Below, piece by piece: positions 9,285-19,123 of a stretch of DNA of 64,000 nucleotides. Source of the DNA: an uncultured bacterium (lineage in GTDB: Bacteria > Auribacterota > Erginobacteria > Erginobacterales > Erginobacteraceae); the NCBI GenBank assembly GCA_963822585.1, contig CAWGIE010000019.1, forward strand, positions 192,001 through 256,000. Direction: 5' to 3'. Numbering within the stretch: position 1 is the first letter of the stretch; each line of letters begins with the position of its first letter. The notes below the pieces were generated by a model. It was not told the origin of the DNA. It did no database searches and saw only the letters and a list, made by a program, of their open reading frames with translations. The translations under genes and the position numbers were made by a program.

Positions 9285-10561
9285 ACGAACTTTTATTTCA
9301 CCAAGCCGAGAAGTACATCCCGGGAGGGGTCAACAGCCCGGTGCGATCCTTCCGGGCGGTGGGAGGGACCCCGATCTTTATTCGCCGGGGGCGCGGCGCC
9401 CTGATCTATGGGGAGGACGGAAGAGCGTATATCGACTACTGCGCCTGCTGGGGGGCACTGATCCTGGGACATGCCCCTTCCCGGGTTATCCGGGCCTTGC
9501 GGCGGACTCTGGCAAGAGGAACCGGGTTTGGTACCGTGACCCGTCAGGAGACCGAGCTGGCCCGGGCTATCTGCGAAGCTATTCCGTCGATTGAGCGGAT
9601 TCGTCTGACCAGTTCCGGAACCGAGGCGGTCATGAGCGCGATCCGCCTGGCCCGGGCGGTTACCGGCAGGGATACGATCATTAAATTCGAGGGGGCCTAT
9701 CATGGCCACGCCGATTCCATGCTGGTCAGGGCCGGCTCGGGATCCAGCACGCTGGGTGTCCCCGACAGCCCGGGGGTACCGGAAGCGTTCGCCCGGCATA
9801 CCGTCGTAGTCCCGTATAACGACCTGAAAAGCGTGAGTGAGGTCATGAAAAAGAGAGGCGGAGAGATCGCCGCCATAATCGTGGAGCCGGTCGCCGGGAA
9901 TATGGGCGTCGTCGGCCCCGGCAGCGGTTTCCTGGCGGGATTACGGAGGTTGTGTGATCGCCACCGGGCGGTACTGATCTTTGATGAGGTGATCACCGGC
10001 TTCCGGGTCTCTTACGGGGGGGCCCAGGAACTCTTCGGGGTCCGGCCGGACCTGACTTGTCTGGGAAAGATCATCGGCGGGGGTCTCCCAATCGGCGGGT
10101 ATGGCGGTAAACGGGATCTCATGGATTGGATCGCCCCGCTGGGCGGTGTCTATCAGGCGGGAACCCTGGCAGGAAATCCTCTCTCCGTTCAGGCCGGATT
10201 GACTACTCTCTCCATTTTACGGGAGGAACAGCCATATGAAAGCATGGCGTTGAAAGCCGAACAATTATGCCGGGGAGTGGCACGGAGCGCTGCCAAGCAG
10301 GATATCGGAGTGACCGTCAACCGGGTCGGATCGATGTTCAGCTTCTTTTTCACCGACCGGGAGGTGAACGATCGGGCAGCGGCTTACAGCCAGAACGGCG
10401 AGGCGTACCGGAGGTTTTTCCATTCTCTGCTGGAAAGCGGGGTATATCTCTCCCCTTCCGGCTTTGAGTCCAATTTCATCTCGACCGTTCACCGCGATCA
10501 AGACGTGGAAAAAACGCTGAAAGCTATTGAAAGAACCTTCCAGGTATGGAGGAAAGAATAG
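9266..10561 (+). CDS. hemL: glutamate-1-semialdehyde 2,1-aminomutase
   Basis: PGGVNSPVR, SGTEAVMSA, YHGH, FDEVITGFR, GKIIGGGLP, YQAGTLAGNP. Confidence 0.96.
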   Translation: MAAAGINELLFHQAEKYIPGGVNSPVRSFRAVGGTPIFIRRGRGALIYGEDGRAYIDYCACWGALILGHAPSRVIRALRRTLARGTGFGTVTRQETELARAICEAIPSIERIRLTSSGTEAVMSAIRLARAVTGRDTIIKFEGAYHGHADSMLVRAGSGSSTLGVPDSPGVPEAFARHTVVVPYNDLKSVSEVMKKRGGEIAAIIVEPVAGNMGVVGPGSGFLAGLRRLCDRHRAVLIFDEVITGFRVSYGGAQELFGVRPDLTCLGKIIGGGLPIGGYGGKRDLMDWIAPLGGVYQAGTLAGNPLSVQAGLTTLSILREEQPYESMALKAEQLCRGVARSAAKQDIGVTVNRVGSMFSFFFTDREVNDRAAAYSQNGEAYRRFFHSLLESGVYLSPSGFESNFISTVHRDQDVEKTLKAIERTFQVWRKE

Positions 10562-10768
10562 ATGAAAATACGGATACTGGTAAACGGCAAGGAAGAGAGG
10601 GTCGAAGCGGGGGTCAGCGTCAGCCGGCTCCTGGAGAAGAAACAGATCCGACCCGAAGTGGTGACCGTGGAAATCAACGATTGCATCCTCGGGAGGGACG
10701 CCTTCACCGGGACATACCTGAAGGAAGGCGATCAGGTTGAGTTTGTCTACTTCATGGGGGGAGGTTAA
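10562..10768 (+). CDS. ThiS/HcyS-like ubiquitin-fold sulfur carrier
   Basis: 68 aa, VNG..., LKEGDQVEFVYFMGGG C-terminus. Confidence 0.9.
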   Translation: MKIRILVNGKEERVEAGVSVSRLLEKKQIRPEVVTVEINDCILGRDAFTGTYLKEGDQVEFVYFMGGG

Positions 10769-11702
10769 GCCGGTAGGACAAGACGGGCGAAAAACATCCT
10801 GGAACTGATCGGCCGGACCCCCCTGGTCATGCTCAACCGGATTACAGGAGAAAATACGGCCACGGTTCTCGCCAAGCTGGAATCGTTTAATCCGGGAGGA
10901 AGCGTAAAAGACCGGATCTGCCTGGCCATGATCGAAGCCGGCGAGAGGGAGGGGTTGATCAAGCCCGGAATCACCATCATCGAACCAACCTCCGGAAATA
11001 CCGGTATCGGATTGGCAATGGCGGCCAGCGTAAAGGGTTACCGCTGTATCCTCACCATGCCGGAGACGATGAGCCTGGAGAGGATTTACCTCCTCCGCTC
11101 TTACGGCGCGGAGGTGGTACTGACGCCCGGGATAGAGGGGATGGAAGGTTCGATCAAGAAAGCAGAGGAACTTTTAAAGAAGATCCCGGACAGTTTCATG
11201 CCTCAGCAGTTCAACAACCCGGCCAATCCCCGGGTCCATCGGGAGACCACTGCCCGGGAGATCCTGGAGGCGACTGACGGTGGCGTGGACGCCTTCGTGG
11301 CCGGGGTCGGAACCGGGGGCACGATTACCGGGGTGGGCGAGGTCTTAAAAAAGGAGAATCCCGATGTCAGGATAATCGCCGTCGAACCGAAGGACAGCGC
11401 CGTCCTCTCCGGGTGCCCGGCCGGCCCTCACAAAATTCAGGGGCATCGGGGCCGGATTTATTCCGGAGGTACTGAATCGGGAGGTGATTGATGAGATAGT
11501 CCAGGTGGGCGATACGGAGGCTTTTGCAACTTCCCGCCGGTTAGCGAGGGAGGAGGGTATCCTGGTGGGGATCTCTTCCGGGGCCGCGGCCTGGGCGGCC
11601 GTGCGCGTCGGCCGGGAACTGGGTCCCGGGAAAACCGTGGTCGTTGTTTTTCCCGATACCGGAGAGCGATACTTCTCCATGGAGCAGTACTTCGAAGCGT
11701 AA
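10769..11702 (+). CDS. cysK: cysteine synthase A; start codon unclear, one extra G near 11441
   Basis: [65 protein letters not shown]. Confidence 0.9.
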
Positions 11703-11703
11703 A

Positions 11704-12690
11704 ATGAAAGCTATTGTTCTTTTGTCCGGGGGGCTGGACAGCCGGCTGGCGATCCGGCTCATGCAGGAGCAGGAGGTGGAACTGGAGGCGGTTAATTTTT
11801 TCACCATCTTCTGCACCTGCACGGCCCGGGGGAAGAGCTGCCCGGAAGCCGTTTCGGCCGCCCGGAGCCTCGGGGTCCCCCTCCAAGTCTTTGAAGCGAC
11901 CGAGGACCTGATGAAGGCGGTAGAGGACCCCCGCTTCGGCTACGGCCGGGCGGTGAATCCCTGCCTTGATTGCCGGGTGATCATGCTCCGAAAAGCCGCC
12001 CGTTACATGCGGGAGAGAGGAGCCTCCTTTATCGTCACCGGCGACGTCCTCGGGGAACGCCCCATGTCCCAGAGAAGGGACGCGCTCCGCATGATTGAAC
12101 GGGAGGCGGGGCTGGAAGGGCTCATTCTGAGACCGCTTTCCGCCCGGGTGCTGGAGCCGACCATACCGGAGAAGAGGGGGTGGGTGAATCGGGAAAAGTT
12201 GTTGGACATTCAAGGAAGGTCGCGAAAGCAGCAGATGAAGACAGCCCGGGAATGGAACATAAATGATTATCCCTGCCCGGCCGGCGGGTGCCGGTTGACC
12301 GAGAAGGGGTTCGCGAAAAAAGTCGTGGACCTGATCGAGCATGGGATGTGGAACCCCGGGCAGGCGGCAGCACTGATGATCGGCAGGCACTTCCGTCTCG
12401 CCCCGGACACCAAGGTGATCCTGGGGAGGAATGAGGGGGAGAACAACGTACTCGCCGGCAGGGGGAAAAAAGGCGACGTTCTCCTGGAGCCGGCGGACTT
12501 CCCGGGCCCCACGGCCCTGGTAACGGGAAGACCGACACCGGAAGATACCGCGATCGCGGCCCGGCTGGTGGCCTCCTATACGAAAAACAGAAAAGAGGGG
12601 TCGTCGATCAGGATCGTTTCCGGAAGAGATGGAACGACGATCGAAGCGACCGCTCTTCCCGAAAATCAACTGATCGAATTGAGAATATAA
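11704..12690 (+). CDS. PP-loop ThiI/MnmA-like putative sulfurtransferase
   Basis: LSGGLDS, NPCLDC, TGDVLGERPMSQ, PAGGC, GRHFRL, GRNE.EN. Confidence 0.75.
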   Translation: MKAIVLLSGGLDSRLAIRLMQEQEVELEAVNFFTIFCTCTARGKSCPEAVSAARSLGVPLQVFEATEDLMKAVEDPRFGYGRAVNPCLDCRVIMLRKAARYMRERGASFIVTGDVLGERPMSQRRDALRMIEREAGLEGLILRPLSARVLEPTIPEKRGWVNREKLLDIQGRSRKQQMKTAREWNINDYPCPAGGCRLTEKGFAKKVVDLIEHGMWNPGQAAALMIGRHFRLAPDTKVILGRNEGENNVLAGRGKKGDVLLEPADFPGPTALVTGRPTPEDTAIAARLVASYTKNRKEGSSIRIVSGRDGTTIEATALPENQLIELRI

Positions 12691-12828
12691 ACCAGGAGCC
12701 TGTCCGAGCAATGATCAGAGGATCAGTTTGAGTCCAACAGTTCACGCCACAACGGTACTTTTTATGGCAATGTCCAGAACTAACCCGATTTATCGATGCA
12801 TCGGGTTCATCCGAATCAACAATGAGGT

Positions 12829-15162
12829 GTGAAGATGTTTCGTCTACCACCGGAAATTATCGCCGGAATTGCGGCGTATAAAGAACAACTGCGGTCGTAC
12901 TTGGAAGGGAGATTGTCTCCGGGCCGCTTCAAGAGCATCCGGGTGCCCTGGGGGATCTACTCCCAGCGCCACGGGCTGGCGCATATGTGCCGGGTGAGGA
13001 TCCCCGGCGGTTTGCTTTCGGCCGACCAGATGAGAGCGATCGCCGACGTGGCCCGGAAGTATGGCGACGGGTCCCTCCACGTGACCACCCGGCAGGACAT
13101 TCAAATTCACGGGGTAAAGATTGAAGATACCGGCCGGATCCTCGACTATCTCAAGGACTTCGACCTGAGTCCCCGCGGCGGGGGAGGTAATACGGTCAGG
13201 AACATCCTCGCCTGCCCCCGGGCCGGCGTCTGCCCGCAAGAAGCCTTCGACGTTCGTCCCTATGCCGTTGGCCTGTCCGAATATATCCTCAGCCTGGACT
13301 CCTCCTATCTCCTGCCGAGAAAATATAAGATAGCCTTCTCCGGTTGCTCCCTGAACTGCGTCCCCGCCACGGTGAGCGACCTGGGCTTCATCGCCCGGCA
13401 GGCGCTTGTCGGGGGGGAACAACAGGATGTATTTCGGGTCTATGTCGGGGGGGGGATGGGGGCCCATTCCCGGGTGGGAAGAGTCCTGGAGGACCTGGTG
13501 GAACCGGCCGACGCTGGGTACGTGGCCGAGGCCGTCAAACGGGCCTTTGACCGCCACGGCAACCGGCGGAACCGGCACCGCAACCGGCTGCGGTTCCTGA
13601 TCGAGGAGGCGGGATTCGAACAGTTCAAGCGCTGGTACCGGGAAGAGCTCGCGGAACTGAAGACGGGGGAAGTCATCGCACTGAGAAAGATCGCCTTCCC
13701 CGGGCCGGCAAAGGGGGGAGGGTCCTGGGTTGGGGATTCTGATGATTTCAAGGCCTGGAGAAGATTTAATCTCCGGGAGCAAAAACAGAAGGGATATTAC
13801 TCCCTGGAAGCGAGACTCCCGCTGGGGCTGATCTCCCCCGATCAGCTGGGAGGTCTGGCCGAGCTCTCTTCTGCGGGAGAACAGATAACCTTCAGGACCA
13901 CGCCGGATCAGAACATCCTCATCACCGACGTGCCGGGGCCGGCCGTCCCGATGATCTATCACCGGCTCCGCGAACTCAAACTGGACCAACCGGATGCCGC
14001 CACCATCCTTGACCCGGTCTGTTGTCCGGGCGCGGCCACCTGCAACCTGGGCCTCTGCAACTCCCGGGGCGCTGCGGCCGAGATCGTCGAGCGCCTGGAA
14101 GAGGCTAAAATCAATATCGGAAGCTTTGCCGGGGTGCGGGTCAAGATCAACGGATGCCCCAATGCCTGCGCCCACCACCCGATCGGTGAGATCGGGCTCC
14201 ACGGCCTGGTCCGTAAAGAGGGTTCTCGGCCGGTTCCTTATTACAGCGTCTGGGTGGGGGGGGACCAAAGGGAGGAGAGCACCCGCCTGGGCGAAGAGCT
14301 CGGAGTCGTTCCGGCGAGAAACCTCCCTGGAGTCTTGCAGGAGTTCGTGCGGCGCGCGGCCGGGGCCGTCTCTCATTACGGAGATTTCCACGAGTATCTG
14401 GAAAAGGAAGGAAAGATCGAACTCAAGTCATTGATCGAAGAACGGGCGCACGTTCCCTCTTACGAAACAGACCCCTTATTCTACCGGGATTGGGGCAAGG
14501 AGGAGGACTTCACCCTGGCCGGGCTCGGACCGGGGGAATGCGGCGCCGGGATCGTGGACTTGATCGAGGAGGATTTTATTCAAGCCGGAAGACTGCTCAA
14601 GGAAGCGGTTGCGGGCGGTTACCCCCCGGAGCCGATCAGACAATCCATTTACCTCAGCGCCCGTGCTCTCCTGGTTCTCAGGGGACTGGAACCGAAGACA
14701 GGAGGAGAGGCGATCGACCTTTTCCGGAAGGAACTGGTTGAGAAAGGATTCTGTTCCCCCCGATTCTCCGGCCTCCGGACGATCTGGGAGGGAGGAGGGG
14801 GATCGAGGACGGAAGAAGCCTGCCGGTACGCGGAAGAGCTCCTGGACGAAGTGAAGCTGACGTACCGGGAAATGGACGACCATTTCAACCTGAAGGTCAG
14901 ATACGGACCTTCCGGTGAGCCCCGGGAAGAGGACACCGCAAGAACGGTTCTCGATTTGAGGGGGGTGGCCTGTCCCCTCAACTACGTCAAGGCCAAGCTG
15001 TACCTGGAGACGAGAGAGGTGGGAGACGAGGTGACCATGTACTTGGACGAGGGAGAGCCCATCCGCAACGTCCCCCCCAGCCTGAAAAACGATGGGCAGG
15101 AGATCGTCTCCATCGAGCCGGTTGCCGCGGGGTATTACCGGGTCACCGTAATTAAAAAATAG
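12829..15162 (+). CDS. siroheme sulfite reductase with C-terminal TusA/SirA domain
   Basis: TTRQDIQ, LPRKYKIAFSGC, two Cx5C..Cx3C sets, C-terminal LDLRGVACPLNYVK. Confidence 0.88.
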   Translation: MKMFRLPPEIIAGIAAYKEQLRSYLEGRLSPGRFKSIRVPWGIYSQRHGLAHMCRVRIPGGLLSADQMRAIADVARKYGDGSLHVTTRQDIQIHGVKIEDTGRILDYLKDFDLSPRGGGGNTVRNILACPRAGVCPQEAFDVRPYAVGLSEYILSLDSSYLLPRKYKIAFSGCSLNCVPATVSDLGFIARQALVGGEQQDVFRVYVGGGMGAHSRVGRVLEDLVEPADAGYVAEAVKRAFDRHGNRRNRHRNRLRFLIEEAGFEQFKRWYREELAELKTGEVIALRKIAFPGPAKGGGSWVGDSDDFKAWRRFNLREQKQKGYYSLEARLPLGLISPDQLGGLAELSSAGEQITFRTTPDQNILITDVPGPAVPMIYHRLRELKLDQPDAATILDPVCCPGAATCNLGLCNSRGAAAEIVERLEEAKINIGSFAGVRVKINGCPNACAHHPIGEIGLHGLVRKEGSRPVPYYSVWVGGDQREESTRLGEELGVVPARNLPGVLQEFVRRAAGAVSHYGDFHEYLEKEGKIELKSLIEERAHVPSYETDPLFYRDWGKEEDFTLAGLGPGECGAGIVDLIEEDFIQAGRLLKEAVAGGYPPEPIRQSIYLSARALLVLRGLEPKTGGEAIDLFRKELVEKGFCSPRFSGLRTIWEGGGGSRTEEACRYAEELLDEVKLTYREMDDHFNLKVRYGPSGEPREEDTARTVLDLRGVACPLNYVKAKLYLETREVGDEVTMYLDEGEPIRNVPPSLKNDGQEIVSIEPVAAGYYRVTVIKK

Positions 15163-15172
15163 AAGGCGAATC

Positions 15173-15349
15173 ATGAGCTATGTGCAAGGACTGAGATGCC
15201 GGGAATGTGCCCGGACCTATCCGAAAACGCCCCTCTACGTCTGCGAGTACTGTTTCGGACCGCTGGAAGTTGATTACGACTATGAGAAGATCGGGAAGGT
15301 TCTGACCAGAGAAATGATTGAGTCGAGACCCCGGAATCTCTGGCGCTAA
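15173..15349 (+). pseudogene. 5' remnant of threonine-synthase-like PLP enzyme
   Basis: MSYVQGLRCREC..YP...YVCEYCFGPLEVDYDY..NLWR* (58 aa, zinc-ribbon N-terminus only). Confidence 0.8.
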
Positions 15350-15458
15350 TGTCTATGTCAATGATGAGGATATCCGTTTCCTGCAATTAGCCGGCACGCC
15401 GCTCAGCGACGGCGACCGGGTGTCCATCATTCCGGCCATCGCCGGAGGAGGTCGATAA
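15348..15458 (+). pseudogene. 3' remnant of MoaD/CysO-like sulfur carrier
   Basis: Startless frame [36 protein letters not shown]; stop overlaps moeB ATG. Confidence 0.8.
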
Positions 15459-16279
15459 TGTTACGGGATGAACAGATAGAACGATACTCCCGTCAGATCC
15501 TGCTGCCCCAGGTCGGCGGGAAGGGCCAGGAAAAACTCCTGAATGCCAGGGTCCTGATCATCGGGGCCGGGGGACTGGGTTCGCCCTGTGCCCTTTACCT
15601 GGCGGCGGCCGGAGTCGGACATCTGGGCATCGTGGATTCCGACCGGGTGGAACTCAACAACCTCCAGCGGCAGATCGTCCACTCCACCGGGGATGTCGGC
15701 CGTCCCAAGGTGGAGTCCGCCCGAGACCGGCTCCATTCTCTCAACCCGGACGTCCGGATCACTCCGTACGATCTCCGGCTCACGTCCGCCAATATCCGGG
15801 ATGTGATTAAAGACTACGATATGATCGTGGACGGGTCGGACAATTTTCCCACCCGTTATCTGGTCAACGACGCATGTATCTTAGAAAAAAAACCGTTCTC
15901 GCACGGAGCGATACTTCGTTTCTACGGCCAGGCATTTACCATCCTTCCCGGGAAGAGCGCCTGTTACCGCTGCCTCTTTGACGAACCACCCCCCCCGGGG
16001 ATGGTGCCGAACTGTCAGGAGGCGGGCATTCTGGGAGCGGTAGCGGGGATCATCGGGACGATCCAGGCCAACGAAGTCTTGAAATATATTCTGGGGGTGG
16101 GAGATCTGCTCGAAGGAAGCTTGCTGATTCTGGACGCTCTGGATGCCAGCTTCCGCCAGGTCAAAATACTCCGGAATAAAAACTGCGCGATCTGCGGGGA
16201 TACTCCCACCATTACCGATCTGATTGATTACGAGGAGTTCTGTCAACTTCGGTCAACGCCTGATCCGGTTCATCACTAA
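15458..16279 (+). CDS. moeB: MoeB/ThiF-family sulfur-carrier adenylyltransferase (HcyF-like)
   Basis: RYSRQI, GAGGLGSP, NLQRQ, DNFPTRY, CYRC, CQEAG, CAIC; no rhodanese domain. Confidence 0.9.
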   Translation: MLRDEQIERYSRQILLPQVGGKGQEKLLNARVLIIGAGGLGSPCALYLAAAGVGHLGIVDSDRVELNNLQRQIVHSTGDVGRPKVESARDRLHSLNPDVRITPYDLRLTSANIRDVIKDYDMIVDGSDNFPTRYLVNDACILEKKPFSHGAILRFYGQAFTILPGKSACYRCLFDEPPPPGMVPNCQEAGILGAVAGIIGTIQANEVLKYILGVGDLLEGSLLILDALDASFRQVKILRNKNCAICGDTPTITDLIDYEEFCQLRSTPDPVHH

Positions 16280-16332
16280 TCGGCAAAAATAAGGAATCTG
16301 CCATGACCAAGAAAATGGTTCATCTCATTGTC

Positions 16333-16848
16333 TTATTTGTCTTGGGGTGCTCCCACGGAAAACGATAACTCAACCGTCTCCGGAACGATACAGGAGTTCG
16401 CATTGCAGGGCTGGAATGTGACCAGGAGCTTGATCGGGGTCCGGGGGGTCGGTTCGCCCGTCGCCCGGAGAATGACCGGCATCTCGACAGTCCCCTCGTA
16501 GACGGAGACCGGCCCGTCGCTGAAAGATAACCCGACCTGCTTCCCGGGCGGATAAGAGACACTGCCGATTTCCCAGTGCGGATTTTCGGCGAGATCGACC
16601 GTGGTCGGGATCAGGAATTCATCCAGCGGCTGATGAGAATTGATGTGCCATCCCCGGGACACGTCGAGCTCGACCGTTAGTTCTGCCGTTCCCTCCGGGG
16701 GGGGAGTCTGAGCCCGATAAACCCTCACCTCGACCACCCCTTTCTTCACCGCGGCCAGGGGAGCCGCGGCTTCTTCCCCGGAGAATGCCGGCGGTGCCGC
16801 CAACGCCGCCAGAAATATAGTAAGAAGGCATGATTTCATTTTCATCAC
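16333..16848 (-). CDS. exported DsbD N-terminal-like domain protein
   Basis: Signal peptide MKMKSCLLTIFLAALAAPPAFS, GWHINS, QPCNANSC.P; start could be as far up as 16893. Confidence 0.75.
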   Translation of the reverse strand: MMKMKSCLLTIFLAALAAPPAFSGEEAAAPLAAVKKGVVEVRVYRAQTPPPEGTAELTVELDVSRGWHINSHQPLDEFLIPTTVDLAENPHWEIGSVSYPPGKQVGLSFSDGPVSVYEGTVEMPVILRATGEPTPRTPIKLLVTFQPCNANSCIVPETVELSFSVGAPQDK

Positions 16849-16889
16849 GGAGACAATCTTATCACGATACCCCATCCTGGCAATTCCGA

Positions 16890-18797
16890 TCACGCGCCGG
16901 GAGGAAAATGGTATCCGGCCGCGGCCAGGATCAGCGTCCCCGATGCCGCGGGAAGTGCTTCCATCTGGAGCCGGAAGGCCCGGATGATATTCCGGACTTC
17001 CTCCCGGTATCTCTCCTCACCGGTCAGTCTCGCCAGACGGATAAGCACCAGGGCGGCGATTCCGTTCCCGGAAGGGACGGCACGATCGTAGGGATCCCGG
17101 GAACGGAAGAGGCTGACCGCCGCAGCGGCGTGCTTATCGGTCGAAGCGGTAAAAAAGAGACCTCCCGACCGCTTATCCCGGAAACACTCCAGCATTACGT
17201 CGGAAAGGCTCCGGGCTTCTTCCAGCCACTCCTCCTGCCCGGTTGCCGCGTGCAGTTCGAGCAGTCCCTCGGCCAGGAAAGCGTAATCGTCCAGGTAGGC
17301 CGGGATCCTGGCCTCGCCCTTACGATATGTATGCAGAAGTCGGCCATCGACACGGAGATTGTCGAGCAGGAAGCGGGCGGCACCTTCCGCCGCTATCAGA
17401 AGACGGGTTTCATCAAGTGTTTGACCGGCATAAGCCAACCCCCCGATCATCAAACCGTTCCAGTCGGTCATGATCTTATCGTCGAGGTGCGGACGGACCC
17501 GGCGGTCCCGGCGGGCCATAAGTTTTCGGCGGGAACCGGCCAGATTCCTCCCCAGTTCCTCCGGCGGGATTCTTTCTTCCTCCGCCGCTCGCGAGAGCGG
17601 CCGGGGAAGAAAAAGGATGTTCGTCCCCTCGTTCTCCCCGCCGCCCTCTCCGCGCCAATTGCCCCCGGGTTTGATGCCATAGACACGGCAGAAGAGTTCC
17701 CCCTCCCTTTCCCCGAGAGCCTCGATAATTTCGCCCCGCCGCCAGACATAAAACCTGCCTTCTTCTCCCTCACTGTCGGCGTCGAGAGCGGAGTAGAAGC
17801 CGCCGGCCTCATCCCGCATTTCCCGGAGAACCCAATCGGCGATCCCGACCGCGGCCGACCGGAACTCCGCGCGGCCGGACAGAAGATACCCGTCCGCGTA
17901 AGAACGAATCAGCTGGGCGTTGTCGTAGAGCATCTTCTCAAAGTGGGGGACAAACCAGACGTCGTCGGTGGAGTAACGGTGAAAACCGCCTCCCAGGTGG
18001 TCCCGGATGCCTCCCCGGGCCATGAAATCGAGCGTGACCGTCGCCATCTCCAGGAGAGCCGGTTCATGCTTCCGGCGATACTCCTCCAACAGGAGTCGAA
18101 GGGCGGCATGGGGGGGAAACTTGGGCGCGCCGCTGAAACCGCCTCTCTCTCGGTCAAACGTTTCCTCCAAGCCGGCGAGGGCTTTTTCGACCAGTTTCTC
18201 CCCCGGGGGGGAGTCCGCCGGCGCTGACTGGGCAGTCGAGATCTTCTCCATCGCCGCCCAGATCTTTCCAGCCTCTTCTTCGACCTCCTTCCTCCTCGTC
18301 CGCCAGACTTCGGCCAGGTCCCTGAGAACAGTGGGGAAACCCGGCCGGCCCCAGCGGTCCTCCGGCGGGAAATAGGTTCCGGCAAACCAGGGCTTGCCGT
18401 CCGGGGTCAGAAAGACCGAATTCGGCCACCCCCCCCCGCCGGTGAGCAGCTGGGTGGCTTTCATGTAGAAATCGTCGACCTCCGGGCGCTCCTCCCGGTC
18501 GACCTTGACCGGGAGGAAATACTCATTCAGGATCGCCGCCGTCTCCCCGTTCTCGAACGACTCGCGGGCCATCACGTGGCACCAATGGCAGGCCGAATAT
18601 CCGGCCGAGAGGAAGATCGGACGGTCTTCTTTCCTCGCCTTTTCAAAAGCCTCCGCGCCCCAGGGGTACCAGTTGACGGGATTTCCGGCGTGCTGGAGAA
18701 GATAGGGACTCTTCTCGAAGACCAGGCGGTTGAAGTCGCGGCCCCCGTCCGGCGGGAGCTTTTCGATCTCTTCTTGTGATGGTAGCGTATCTTGCAT
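16890..18797 (-). CDS. YyaL/SSP411-family thioredoxin-domain protein
   Basis: [63 protein letters not shown]. Confidence 0.92.
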   Translation of the reverse strand: MQDTLPSQEEIEKLPPDGGRDFNRLVFEKSPYLLQHAGNPVNWYPWGAEAFEKARKEDRPIFLSAGYSACHWCHVMARESFENGETAAILNEYFLPVKVDREERPEVDDFYMKATQLLTGGGGWPNSVFLTPDGKPWFAGTYFPPEDRWGRPGFPTVLRDLAEVWRTRRKEVEEEAGKIWAAMEKISTAQSAPADSPPGEKLVEKALAGLEETFDRERGGFSGAPKFPPHAALRLLLEEYRRKHEPALLEMATVTLDFMARGGIRDHLGGGFHRYSTDDVWFVPHFEKMLYDNAQLIRSYADGYLLSGRAEFRSAAVGIADWVLREMRDEAGGFYSALDADSEGEEGRFYVWRRGEIIEALGEREGELFCRVYGIKPGGNWRGEGGGENEGTNILFLPRPLSRAAEEERIPPEELGRNLAGSRRKLMARRDRRVRPHLDDKIMTDWNGLMIGGLAYAGQTLDETRLLIAAEGAARFLLDNLRVDGRLLHTYRKGEARIPAYLDDYAFLAEGLLELHAATGQEEWLEEARSLSDVMLECFRDKRSGGLFFTASTDKHAAAAVSLFRSRDPYDRAVPSGNGIAALVLIRLARLTGEERYREEVRNIIRAFRLQMEALPAASGTLILAAAGYHFPPGA

Positions 18798-19123
18798 TTT
18801 TATAGCCTCTTCCCGTTCCGGTTGATCCCGGGAACAGCCGACGCCGAGAAATAACCCGGAAAAGATGAAGATACCGGGGACTCTCAGGGCACGGCTGTGG
18901 CTTCCCCGAACCTCGTCGATATCAAGGCATGAGAAACCCAGCCGAACAGCTAGGAGCCTGTCCGAGTAATGGCTCTCGACGCGTTTCAGTCTACAGCAAC
19001 CCGGCGAGCCCTTGTTGCCCGACCCGCATTTCGGGTACTTCTCACTGTTGATACGCTTCCTTGATATTTCCCCCTTTCTTGTCCACTTCGTCTCCTTCGT
19101 GTTCTTCGTGGTGGTTTATTTTC

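Noticed and set aside
14550..14900. HEPN-like RNase toxin within the sulfite reductase
   Set aside because: It is a helical linker domain with no evident Rx4-6H catalytic motif, in a metabolic context.
16303..16368. Short SD-led ORF MTKKMVHLI.. after moeB, possibly the stump of a deleted next gene
   Set aside because: Only about 9 informative codons before it runs into the convergent gene, too short to assign.
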